From: an uncultured Saprospiraceae bacterium
Lineage (GTDB): Bacteria > Bacteroidota > Bacteroidia > Chitinophagales > Saprospiraceae
Assembly: GCA_964414425.1 (NCBI GenBank)
Contig: CAYPWL010000007.1
Coordinates: forward strand, 20,789-84,788
Length of the DNA stretch: 64,000 bases
Reading direction: 5' to 3'
Part shown: positions 19,183 through 28,439 of the stretch, piece by piece
Layout of the letters: every line of letters starts with the position of its first letter
Position numbering within the stretch: the stretch's first letter is position 1
Program-made: the position numbers and the translations under genes
Notes under the pieces: generated by a model
Told to the model about the DNA's origin: nothing
Seen by the model: the letters and a program-made list of their open reading frames with translations, nothing else
Database searches by the model: none

Positions 19183-20181
19183 ATGAAGATCGGTCCTGTA
19201 GATTTTGATGACTTCCCACTTTTCTTAGCTCCTATGGAAGATGTTAGTGATCCACCATTTAGAGCCTTGTGCAAAGCTCAAGGGTGTGATATGATGTATA
19301 CCGAGTTTATATCAGTAGAGGGGTTAATCCGTGATGCCACTAAGAGTGTACAGAAGCTTGACATATATGAGGAGGAGCGTCCTATAGGAATACAGATCTT
19401 TGGGGCGAAGATAGACTCAATGAAGAGGGCTGCTGAAATAGTAGAGGACGCTAAACCCGAGGTGTTAGATATCAATTATGGATGTCCAGTTAAGAAGGTG
19501 GTCTGTCGTATGGCAGGAGCGGGAATCCTACAAGATATACCAAGAATGGTAAAGCTTACTGAGGAGATCGTGAAGTCAACTAACTTACCGGTTACTGTCA
19601 AGACAAGACTTGGGTGGGATCAAGACTCAATACAGATTGTAGAAGTAGCAGAACGTCTCCAGGATGTTGGGATTCATGCCATATCTATACATGGTCGTAC
19701 AAGAAAACAAATGTACAAGGGAGAAGCTGACTGGACCCATATAGCAGAGGTTAAGAACAATCCTCGGTTGCGCATACCTGTCATAGGAAATGGAGATATC
19801 GACAGTCCAGAAAAGGCGGTAGAGTATAAAAACAAGTACGGCGTTGATGGTCTCATGATCGGTCGAGCCAGTATAGGAAACCCATGGATATTTAGCCAAA
19901 TCAAGCATTATGTTAATACCGGGGAGCATTTAGAGAAACCTGACTTCAGTGAGAAAATTGCTGCCGCTCGCAAACATCTTAGAGATAGCATAGCCTGGAA
20001 AGGTACACGTCTTGGAGTCCTTGAGATGAGACGACATTATAGTAACTATTTCAGAGGCCTACGACTGATCAAAAACTTTAGAAGCCGATTAGTGACAACA
20101 GATGAACCAGAGAACATCTTTGATATACTTTCAGAAATGGAAGAGTTTTACGCAAATGATCCGTTGCTGGTCGAAGCATAA
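19183..20181 (+). CDS. dusB: tRNA-dihydrouridine synthase
   Basis: LAPMEDVSDPPFR, INYGCPVKKV and HGRTR motifs of the Dus family. 332 aa. Confidence 0.9.
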   Translation: MKIGPVDFDDFPLFLAPMEDVSDPPFRALCKAQGCDMMYTEFISVEGLIRDATKSVQKLDIYEEERPIGIQIFGAKIDSMKRAAEIVEDAKPEVLDINYGCPVKKVVCRMAGAGILQDIPRMVKLTEEIVKSTNLPVTVKTRLGWDQDSIQIVEVAERLQDVGIHAISIHGRTRKQMYKGEADWTHIAEVKNNPRLRIPVIGNGDIDSPEKAVEYKNKYGVDGLMIGRASIGNPWIFSQIKHYVNTGEHLEKPDFSEKIAAARKHLRDSIAWKGTRLGVLEMRRHYSNYFRGLRLIKNFRSRLVTTDEPENIFDILSEMEEFYANDPLLVEA

Positions 20182-20191
20182 ATAAGCGATT

Positions 20192-21625
20192 GTGATCATA
20201 GACTTGCCTGTACACCACCAGTCTCTGTTCCAGGAGATATCCAAAATCGTTGTTGAACACAACTTCGAGGCCTATGTGATCGGCGGTTATGTACGAGATA
20301 TAATCCTCCTTAGATCTGGCAAGGATAAGGATATTGATATTGTCTGTGTCGGTGATGGTATAGCATTGGCAAGACAGGTTGCACAAGAATTAGGTATTAG
20401 ACCTCCACAAGTCTTTAAGCGATTTGGTACCGCGATGTTGCGTTATCAGGATACCGAAATAGAGTTCGTTGGTGCTCGCAAAGAATCTTACAGTACAAAC
20501 TCAAGAAAGCCCGAGGTCACTCCTGGTACGCTCGTAGACGATCAGAATAGAAGAGATTTCACCATTAATGCTCTGGCTATTTCTCTCAATGATATCAGTA
20601 CGCCCAAGATTATCGATCCATTTGGAGGATTGACTGACCTGCTGGAACACAAATTACTGAGGACCCCACTTGACCCAGATCAAACTTTTTCGGACGATCC
20701 CCTGCGTATGATGAGGGCAATAAGATTTGCAAGTCAGTTGGGTTTTAAGATCCATCCGGGTACCTTCGATGGGATTAAGCGTAATGCACATCGCATATCT
20801 ATCGTCTCTCAAGAGCGTATCACGGTTGAGCTTAATAAGATAGTCTTAAGTCCAAAGCCCTCAATTGGTTTTACACTATTAGATGAGTGTAGACTCATCG
20901 ATCTCATCTTTCCTGCTATGGCCAATCTCAGAGGCGTAGATTACATCGATGGGAGAGGGCATAAGGACAACTACTACCATACTATACAAGTATTAGATAA
21001 TGTCGCTGTCGAATCAGATAGCCTATGGCTTAGGTGGGCAGCGATCATGCATGATATCGGGAAACCCCGCACTAAGCGCTTTAATAATAAAGCGGGTTGG
21101 ACATTTCACGGGCATGATGCCGTAGGAGCCAACATGACTCCTAAGATCTTCAAGAAGCTTAAATTGCCCTTGGATCATAAAATGAAATATGTTCAAAAGC
21201 TGGTGAGGTTGCATCTGAGGCCTATCTCACTGACTAAGGAGAACATTACCGACTCCGCAATTAGGCGACTACTATTTGATGCGGGAGAGGATATCGAGGA
21301 CTTGATGCTTTTATGTTCAGCGGATATCACCACCAAGAATCCTAAAAAACAAGAACGTTATCTGGCTAACTATAAGATAGTACAAGCTAAGATGGTTGAT
21401 CTGGAGGAGAAGGATCAACTCCGCAACTGGCAACCACCTATATCAGGTGAGGATATCATGGAGACCTTTGGTATACCGCCATGTCGAGACGTAGGCACGA
21501 TCAAAACGGCCATTAGAGAGGCCATCCTTGATGGGTTAATCCCTAATGATGTAGACGCTGCTCGGCAGTATATGATAGCCCAAGGAAAGGACTTGGGCTA
21601 TGAACCCAAAACTAAAGTCTCTTAA
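20192..21625 (+). CDS. cca: CCA-adding tRNA nucleotidyltransferase with HD domain
   Basis: GGYVRD...DKDIDIV polymerase-beta motif, RRDFTINALA, and an HD-domain HDIGKP. GTG start. Confidence 0.85.
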   Translation: MIIDLPVHHQSLFQEISKIVVEHNFEAYVIGGYVRDIILLRSGKDKDIDIVCVGDGIALARQVAQELGIRPPQVFKRFGTAMLRYQDTEIEFVGARKESYSTNSRKPEVTPGTLVDDQNRRDFTINALAISLNDISTPKIIDPFGGLTDLLEHKLLRTPLDPDQTFSDDPLRMMRAIRFASQLGFKIHPGTFDGIKRNAHRISIVSQERITVELNKIVLSPKPSIGFTLLDECRLIDLIFPAMANLRGVDYIDGRGHKDNYYHTIQVLDNVAVESDSLWLRWAAIMHDIGKPRTKRFNNKAGWTFHGHDAVGANMTPKIFKKLKLPLDHKMKYVQKLVRLHLRPISLTKENITDSAIRRLLFDAGEDIEDLMLLCSADITTKNPKKQERYLANYKIVQAKMVDLEEKDQLRNWQPPISGEDIMETFGIPPCRDVGTIKTAIREAILDGLIPNDVDAARQYMIAQGKDLGYEPKTKVS

Positions 21626-22644
21626 GAATCGAATAGATTGCTATAATCTGAATCTCCCGAAATCTTTTCTTTTTCAGCTTGATATTCGTTGAGGTCGAGA
21701 GACTCTCCGTCATAAGCTTCCTCACCTCCTAATAACAGTATAGAGCTTTTCTTTTCATACTCTGCGAGCATCTTAAGCCCTTGCTCCTCAAATATTCCGT
21801 TTTGGAGATCTACAGAATCCATGAAGTTAGCGGAGAGCTCCATGAACTGCTCCATCTCACCAACCTTGTTGGCTACATCATCAGCGATGACCTCCATAGC
21901 TTGGTCAAACATGGCTCGTTTATCAGAATCACCAGATATGATATTCATGGCTGACTTCATAGCCGAGTGCGACATTCTGATTGCCTTGCGTTCTTGTTCT
22001 TTTACCTTTACTTGATCCTTAGTATCTTCCAGTAGTATCTCCGAATTAGAATACATTTTGGTCAGCACCTTATAGAGGATACTCATTTTACTATGGAGTT
22101 GCTCGTACTTGCCATTGCTCTCTTTGAGTCGAGCAGCTTTCCGAGAGGATAGCATCAGTTGTTGATTGTTACCCATCTCTTTAGCTTTCTTGGCTATGAG
22201 TAGATTTTGATTTATTTCTTTGGAGTTATCCATCATCATGGTCTTCAACTTGCGCATCTGACCTCTCAAATTACCGATCTGCTTACCCATCTTTTTTAGA
22301 TTGTCAGATAGATCATCCACGTAATTTTTAAGTATGCCGATAGGGTCAATAGTTACGAATATGCTGGTGATCTTACGCATGACGCTCTTGTACATGTAGC
22401 CGACTAATGCTCGCATTTTAGGATCAAGTGCCATATAGACGATAGCGCCCAATGCTAAGACTGTGACGACAAGGCCGAGCAATGAAGAGGCAAAGGCCAA
22501 TATTGTCCCTAATCCAGTGAACACTACCCAACCGAGCAGACCCACAACACCTACTAAAAATATCGTTCCTGTAACACCTTCAGGTCTTTGCCAAAAAGAC
22601 TTTGGTTTAGTGCTCATTGTATCTACTCCAGTAAAATCTGCCAT
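21622..22644 (-). CDS. Membrane-anchored coiled-coil protein of unknown function (possible PspA/IM30-like helical hairpin region)
   Basis: Two N-terminal TM helices (residues about 27-75) and a heptad-rich C-terminal region of about 250 aa. The PspA resemblance is only by eye. Confidence 0.5.
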   Translation of the reverse strand: MADFTGVDTMSTKPKSFWQRPEGVTGTIFLVGVVGLLGWVVFTGLGTILAFASSLLGLVVTVLALGAIVYMALDPKMRALVGYMYKSVMRKITSIFVTIDPIGILKNYVDDLSDNLKKMGKQIGNLRGQMRKLKTMMMDNSKEINQNLLIAKKAKEMGNNQQLMLSSRKAARLKESNGKYEQLHSKMSILYKVLTKMYSNSEILLEDTKDQVKVKEQERKAIRMSHSAMKSAMNIISGDSDKRAMFDQAMEVIADDVANKVGEMEQFMELSANFMDSVDLQNGIFEEQGLKMLAEYEKKSSILLLGGEEAYDGESLDLNEYQAEKEKISGDSDYSNLFDS

Positions 22645-22750
22645 AACGTCCCTTTTCTAAGTGGTGTGATTATTTTCGGTAAAGGTCAACATAAGTCTGT
22701 AAATAGTAAAATATTATCTACAACTCCTCACTAAATATCGATAAAATCTT

Positions 22751-24001
22751 TTATATGAGTGTGTCTAAGCTCGGAGTTTGATCACCAAGCTCCAGGTTGT
22801 CGATCGCTGGTACTGCTGCTCCAGCGATACCCTTAATGCTACCATACATGTCAATCGTATTAGAGATAATGATCTCTAATTGCTTCTCTCGACTCTTCCA
22901 GATTTTACGCATAGCCATCTTCTCACGATCGAGATCGCTCTTCATAGTCTGAAATCCCTCAACTATGCCATTAATCTGTAGTTTGAATTCTTGGCTGGTT
23001 AGGAAGCTGTATAACAGTTCCATTTTATCACCTTTGTTGCTCTGCGCCTCTTGGGCAGCTGCAGATCTGATCACGATCTCTCTCAGGACATGTGATAGGC
23101 CTTTGAACTCGTCATAATTGCAGATCCAGACTCCATCCATTTCGCCAAACCTATCCATCTCTTTTGGCATTACTTGCGTAACTAAGACAGCGATATCTGC
23201 TTGCGCTTTTCGTTGGTCGGCCTTTAACTTAGGGATCCAATCTTTGCTGAAGGACTTAGTTCGTTTGGACTCATAAACGATTTTTCCGCACTCATTGCGC
23301 ATATCGTCGATCACCACTTGGACCGTATCAGCGCCAAGACTTCCTTTTTTTACCTCTTCGATGCGGTCGTAGATGAATGTTTGGCGGAGATAATCCTCTA
23401 TGGCTAATTCTTGGACTTCACCTTGGAGCTGCATAGACCCTTGCTCGGATTTGCGCTTAAGTTCCTCTATCAGTTTGTTTTGCTGTTGTAGTTGTGTGTC
23501 TTTTTCCCTTAGCTTCAACTCTAATTCTTCAGACATTGCTTTCTTAATCTGATTATGGATTTGTTCCCGCTCTTGATTGAGTTTTCGCTGCAACTCCAAT
23601 TCCTTATTCTCGAGTTGCTCGGTCATTTTACGCTGAGCCTGAAGCAACTCCAGCTCTTTCTGCTGTGAGGATCTCAGCTTTTCTTGTGCTTCTTCTAATG
23701 ATTTGTTTTGATTCTTTAACTGAACATTGAAGTCGTCTTGAACCTGCTTTCGCAACTCATGGATTTGCTCTTCTTTAGCCTTGTTTAAGCGTTCTGCAAA
23801 TATTTCATTTTGTCTTTGCTTCTTAGATTCGAACTCCTCCATTTGCTTTCGGAGTTCTGCTTCTACTTGTTTCTTATCCTCGATGAGTTTGTTGCGCTCA
23901 TTTTGTAATTCTTGATCGAGTTGTGCCTTAATATCTTTGGCGATTACACCTTCTATATCAAATCTGTGCGTACAATTCGGACAAGTAATTTTTTCCATCA
24001 T
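22751..24001 (-). CDS. DUF2130-type protein: N-terminal CxxC knuckle, long coiled coil, PD-(D/E)xK nuclease-like C-terminal domain
   Basis: MMEKITCPNCTHRFDIEG start. About 180 aa of Glu/Lys/Gln-rich coiled coil follow, then QGEVQE...GADTVQ...IVYESKRTK (E...D...ExK arrangement). Confidence 0.7.
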   Translation of the reverse strand: MMEKITCPNCTHRFDIEGVIAKDIKAQLDQELQNERNKLIEDKKQVEAELRKQMEEFESKKQRQNEIFAERLNKAKEEQIHELRKQVQDDFNVQLKNQNKSLEEAQEKLRSSQQKELELLQAQRKMTEQLENKELELQRKLNQEREQIHNQIKKAMSEELELKLREKDTQLQQQNKLIEELKRKSEQGSMQLQGEVQELAIEDYLRQTFIYDRIEEVKKGSLGADTVQVVIDDMRNECGKIVYESKRTKSFSKDWIPKLKADQRKAQADIAVLVTQVMPKEMDRFGEMDGVWICNYDEFKGLSHVLREIVIRSAAAQEAQSNKGDKMELLYSFLTSQEFKLQINGIVEGFQTMKSDLDREKMAMRKIWKSREKQLEIIISNTIDMYGSIKGIAGAAVPAIDNLELGDQTPSLDTLI

Positions 24002-24004
24002 GAG

Positions 24005-25036
24005 TTAATTTATGAAGTCCACATCTTTGGTAACTGGATATCTCATCAACCTCTTAATGCTTTCATCGACATCTTTACCCTCATAGATGATCTGATAAAT
24101 TATAGAGACGATTGGTGATGGCAGTCTGTGTTTATTTATGAGTGCATGAGCGACTTTTAGCGATCGGAGGCCTTCTATGCTTTCTGTTGAGCTTGCTAAG
24201 ATCTCATCTACGGTCTCTCCCTTAGCTATACGTATACCACAGGTATAATTACGAGATAGAGGAGAGGTGGCTGTAGCGATGAGGTCGCCTATTCCTGCTG
24301 TACCCAGAAATGCCTCATAGCTGACTCCTATTAAAGAAGCCATTTTAATGATCTCGTTGAGCCCTCGTGTGATAAGCATAGCTTCTGCATTTTTACCAAA
24401 ATTTCGTCCGCCCACTATTCCAGATGCAATAGCTATGACATTTTTGAGCGCACCCGCCATCTCAGCGCCTATAATATCATATGAGTTGAATACATAGAAT
24501 TGTGGACCAGAGAGATGCTTAGTCGCAATCTTAATCACTTCGTCGTATTGACTCGCTACGACCGTTGCTGTAGGAAGTTCTTCGAGTATTTCTTTAGCGA
24601 GATTGGGACCGCAGAGTGCTCCGATTCTTTTTACATCAGTCTCAGCTAAGATGAGTTGGCTCATAGTATTGACCTCATCTATATCGAGTTTTTGTAGACT
24701 TTCCTTTTCGTTGTACAGATGAAACCCCTTCGTGCCGTGTATTAGTATATGTCTTGGGCTTAAGTGAGGCGCTGCATTACAGATCATCTCATAGAAGTAC
24801 TCCGATGGCGTCACTGGGTAGATGACATCACATTTTTGACAGATCTCTTTGATATCTATAGTCGCTGATAGTTTAGGGCTTAGTGGGTATTGTTTGTAGT
24901 CTTTTCCTTGGTTTATATCGTCAACGAACTCCTGTCTTCTACTGTGTAAGATCACTTCATGCTTGGCAGATATAAGCTTGGCTATTGCCATACCAAAGTT
25001 TCCACCACCTATAATACCCACAGGTTTAGAGATCAT
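24005..25036 (-). CDS. gpsA: NAD(P)H-dependent glycerol-3-phosphate dehydrogenase
   Basis: GGGNFGMAIA Rossmann loop and the conserved GALKNVIAIA and GDL..T blocks. Confidence 0.9.
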   Translation of the reverse strand: MISKPVGIIGGGNFGMAIAKLISAKHEVILHSRRQEFVDDINQGKDYKQYPLSPKLSATIDIKEICQKCDVIYPVTPSEYFYEMICNAAPHLSPRHILIHGTKGFHLYNEKESLQKLDIDEVNTMSQLILAETDVKRIGALCGPNLAKEILEELPTATVVASQYDEVIKIATKHLSGPQFYVFNSYDIIGAEMAGALKNVIAIASGIVGGRNFGKNAEAMLITRGLNEIIKMASLIGVSYEAFLGTAGIGDLIATATSPLSRNYTCGIRIAKGETVDEILASSTESIEGLRSLKVAHALINKHRLPSPIVSIIYQIIYEGKDVDESIKRLMRYPVTKDVDFIN

Positions 25037-25077
25037 TCTATATGATTGTCTGTTCTAATAAACCCTAAATTAACCGC

Positions 25078-26937
25078 TTAACGCTTCTTTTTCTTGGCTT
25101 GTTGCTGTTTAAGTTTTTGCTCTTGGATCTTACGCTGTTGTTCCATGGCATCCGCCAGACGTGCCTGAAATCCAGTTTTCTTTTTTGGCGCACTCTTCTT
25201 TTTATTCAGTTCGGCTAAGATCTTCTCATCATCAAATACGTATTTCTTGGTGATAATGGTCTGTGCAATTGTGATCAACTGACTGAAGAACATGTAACAC
25301 GTCAGTCCGGATGCGTAGTTATTGAAGAATACGAAAAACATGAGCGGCATCAGGTACTGCACATACTTCATCGCAGGGTTAGCAGTCATGTCCATGTGCT
25401 TCGTGTTGTAGAATGTATAGATCACAGTGGCAATTGCCCATAAAATGGTAAATAAACTCAGGTGACTACCCATTCCAGGTATAGTAAATGGCAACTGAAG
25501 TATATCATCAAAAGACGATAAGTCTTGCGCCCATAAGAATGACTCTTGTCTAAATGTAATGGAGGCAGGAAAGAATCTAAAGAGTGCGTACCAGATCGGC
25601 ATCTGTATAAACATCGGAAGGCATCCACCCATCGGATTGACTCCATACTCTCGATAGAGCTTCATAGTTTCCATCTGTGTCTTTTGCGAATCATCCTTAA
25701 AACGGTCTTTCATCTTAGCAATTTCAGGCTTGAGAGCGCCCATCTTAGCTTGTGAGTAAAGCATCTTATAGGTTAATGGATAGACGGCCATCTTGATAAT
25801 AAAGATGATTAGGATGATTACGACACCTTTGCTTCCTATAAATCCGGCAAGGAAGTTGAAAAATGGTCTTATGAAATGTCTATTGATACTCCCGAATATA
25901 CTTCTACCATATGGTATGATTTCTTCAAGATCTGGTGCCGCCGCCTTAAGTTGTGCGTAATCGTTAGGTCCGACATAGATGTCCATATCGTAGTTTGATT
26001 GAGCGCCGGCTAATGGGATACTTGCTACAACTGTGGTTTTCTTTAAGTCTTCGCTTGACTCATCAGACATCTCCACACTTGCAATTAAACCATCCAGTTT
26101 AGTCTCCTTGGCGATGTAGGCGGTATTAAAGAATTGATTTGAAAATGAGAACCAGTCAATTTTTTTATCAGAGAGATCTTCTACATCATCACCACGGCAG
26201 CTACAATAATCACTGCTTTCATCATTTTCTTTAAAATATACGGTTGATACAGTCTTCTCGAAAGTGTAGTTTTCTTCAATCCTATCGAGATAATTAGTGA
26301 TCTCAAGGTCTGTCGAGATGATGTTGTTGATGCCGCTTGTGGATAACTCTTGATTGATGATATAAGAGTCATCGTTGAGGGTGTATTGCTGCGTGATCTT
26401 GCGACCACCTGCGCCATTAAACGTATAGCTAATGGTGTTACCACTGATAGATGGAGTAGCATATAAGTCTTTGGTATTGACTATTGTATTGCCGATATTG
26501 ATTTTATAGTTGGTGTTGTTCTTAGCATCTTCAAGCAGTTGTACGGGTTGCTTGAGATCTTCATCATTAGCATCCTTAGTGATCTTGAGGTGCCCCTTAA
26601 TTTCCACAGACTTGATCTGAGCCCCTTTATTACTGAAGCTTACTTTGATTTTGTCATTTTCCAGGGAGGTAATTGCCTCTTCTCCCATACTTGATCGTCC
26701 GAAGATCCCTCGAGTATCTAATAGAGAGTCAGTAAGAGCTGGATTAGTATTATTAATAACATCCTCGCTGTTAGTGATGTTGGCAAGTTCTGTCTCCTCA
26801 GATGCTGAGTTGGTTTCAGTCTCTAATGTGGTGTCGTCAACCGCTCCTAATGATTCTGGATCTGGCTTGTTCAGTACACTCCATCCCATGATGATAAGGA
26901 AGATCAAGATGAATCCGATGATTTGATTTTTTTCCAT
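25078..26937 (-). CDS. yidC: Membrane protein insertase YidC (long Bacteroidota form)
   Basis: Large periplasmic N-domain and a C-terminal core with YPLT.K...M..L.P....K and GCLPMFIQMPIW, plus a basic tail. I place the start at MEKNQIIG (26937). Confidence 0.9.
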   Translation of the reverse strand: MEKNQIIGFILIFLIIMGWSVLNKPDPESLGAVDDTTLETETNSASEETELANITNSEDVINNTNPALTDSLLDTRGIFGRSSMGEEAITSLENDKIKVSFSNKGAQIKSVEIKGHLKITKDANDEDLKQPVQLLEDAKNNTNYKINIGNTIVNTKDLYATPSISGNTISYTFNGAGGRKITQQYTLNDDSYIINQELSTSGINNIISTDLEITNYLDRIEENYTFEKTVSTVYFKENDESSDYCSCRGDDVEDLSDKKIDWFSFSNQFFNTAYIAKETKLDGLIASVEMSDESSEDLKKTTVVASIPLAGAQSNYDMDIYVGPNDYAQLKAAAPDLEEIIPYGRSIFGSINRHFIRPFFNFLAGFIGSKGVVIILIIFIIKMAVYPLTYKMLYSQAKMGALKPEIAKMKDRFKDDSQKTQMETMKLYREYGVNPMGGCLPMFIQMPIWYALFRFFPASITFRQESFLWAQDLSSFDDILQLPFTIPGMGSHLSLFTILWAIATVIYTFYNTKHMDMTANPAMKYVQYLMPLMFFVFFNNYASGLTCYMFFSQLITIAQTIITKKYVFDDEKILAELNKKKSAPKKKTGFQARLADAMEQQRKIQEQKLKQQQAKKKKR

Positions 26938-27137
26938 GTAACTACTCGCGTAAAAAGTCAAAAGTGGCGCAAAATTACAATTATTGACGTCTCAATAGAT
27001 TAAAATCCTAAGCTAATAGACAGATGGCAGCATAATTGCATTTTTAGACATATTGATAGCAGGTGTGTTATTTTTGCTGCACCAGAAAGAAATATTGATT
27101 TTTGGTGACTGTGAGACTCTGAGAAAGATAGATAGGA

Positions 27138-28082
27138 ATGATACAATATTTCAGAAAAGTTGGTACTAAGCTTGAGCAAGTAGCTTCGGAAGAAGCTGAC
27201 TGGACTCATGTATATGCACCTCTTGATAATTCTGAATTAGAGTTGCTTGCCAACCAAGAGAACATTCCATTGGACTTCTTAATAGATTCTCTTGATATCG
27301 ATGAGCGATCTCGCTATGATCGGGAAGAAGGTATTAAGCTAATCGTCATCAATACTCCTGTCTTAAACGAGGATGAGAAGGCAAGTGACGCCTTATATAT
27401 AACAGCACCTATTGGTGTGATCATATCGGATGAAAGAATAATAACGATCTCCTCCGTCGAAAATCCTATACTCACTAAGTTTATCAAGGGTCGTGTCAAA
27501 AACTTTAATCCTCGTGATAGAGAGCTGTTTGTATTAAAGCTTTTTGAGCAAACGGTTTTTCAATTCCTGGATGGATTGAAGAAGCTCAATCTCAAACGCA
27601 ATGTCATAGAGAAAGAATTGTACAACTCGAGCAGAAACAAAGAGCTTCAGGAGCTTTTGAGAATTGAGAAGAGTCTGGTATATCTGATGAATTCACTAAG
27701 TGATAATGATCTGCTCAAGCAAAAGATGCGCCGTACTGACTTCTTAGGGATTAGAGGTCAAGATGATTACGAGGATTTATTTGAAGATATCATCATTGAT
27801 AATAGTCAAGCCTTGGAGATGGCTAATGTCCACACTAACATTTTGAGTGGGACTATGGAGGCATATGCTTCTATCATATCCAATAACCTCAACATGGTTA
27901 TCCATAGACTTACGATGATCACGATTATACTCATGGTACCTACACTCGTCGCGAGTTTTTATGGGATGAATCTAACCAGTTTGCCCTTAAAAGACCATCC
28001 TGCGGCCTTCTATATTATAATACTCATATCTATATTATTAGGTTTCGTGTTGATAATGATTTTTAGGAAAAACAAACTCTGA
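27138..28082 (+). CDS. corA: CorA-family magnesium/cobalt transporter
   Basis: Two C-terminal TM helices flanking the signature FYGMN motif. 314 aa. Confidence 0.88.
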   Translation: MIQYFRKVGTKLEQVASEEADWTHVYAPLDNSELELLANQENIPLDFLIDSLDIDERSRYDREEGIKLIVINTPVLNEDEKASDALYITAPIGVIISDERIITISSVENPILTKFIKGRVKNFNPRDRELFVLKLFEQTVFQFLDGLKKLNLKRNVIEKELYNSSRNKELQELLRIEKSLVYLMNSLSDNDLLKQKMRRTDFLGIRGQDDYEDLFEDIIIDNSQALEMANVHTNILSGTMEAYASIISNNLNMVIHRLTMITIILMVPTLVASFYGMNLTSLPLKDHPAAFYIIILISILLGFVLIMIFRKNKL

Positions 28083-28125
28083 GGGAGTTATATATTAGAT
28101 TTTATCATAAAGCCTTATTTCCACG

Positions 28126-28229
28126 TTATCAACAATTTACGAGATTTATCAACATTTGCGGTCAATGCTCAAAAACGTATATGACTGATTTATAATATGT
28201 TATACATTTTACTAACACTGTGTGGATAA
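28126..28229. promoter_or_regulatory. Cluster of DnaA-box-like 9-mers upstream of nrdB
   Basis: TTATCAACA at 28126-28134 and again at 28146-28154 (20-bp spacing, one mismatch to TTATNCACA). TGTGGATAA, the complement of the perfect box TTATCCACA, is at 28221-28229. Confidence 0.35.
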
Positions 28230-28439
28230 CTAAGAAGCCCCCGCTCCTACGTATTATTACTTTTTTGCATTTATTTGTTCTGCGTTTGAGAATGTGTTCA
28301 GCGGGAAAACTAACCATCTCTTTTATCCTGCTCAAGCATACCATTTAAGAAAAGAGTTTTCAATAGAAGACTTGATAAATTTAGTTATCAAGTCCATAGA
28401 GACGACTCTAAAGTTGAAATCTATAAAAGAACAGTAAAA

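Noticed and set aside
26938-27137. A possible Mg2+-sensing leader or riboswitch upstream of corA.
   Set aside because: I see no extended conserved helices or M-box-like elements, only short AT-rich hairpins. The 69-aa ORF at 27000-27209 overlaps the corA start and looks spurious.
28151-28163. A 13-mer, ACATTTGCGGTCA, shared between the nrdB upstream region and the rplS upstream region (9130-9142).
   Set aside because: Dozens of 13-mer coincidences are expected by chance in 64 kb of AT-rich DNA. Part of the match is the generic -7-like ATTTG.
28162-28344. A 60-aa basic ORF on the minus strand in the nrdB leader, plus the ORF at 28408-28659.
   Set aside because: There is no ribosome-binding or promoter context. 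The composition is typical of random AT-rich translation, and the second ORF overlaps the nrdB start.
28083-28439. The idea that the DnaA-box cluster marks the replication origin.
   Set aside because: There are only three convincing boxes. I could define no adjacent dnaA or dnaN and no obvious unwinding-element repeats, and I cannot compute GC skew here. A regulatory role for nrdBA is the more conservative reading.
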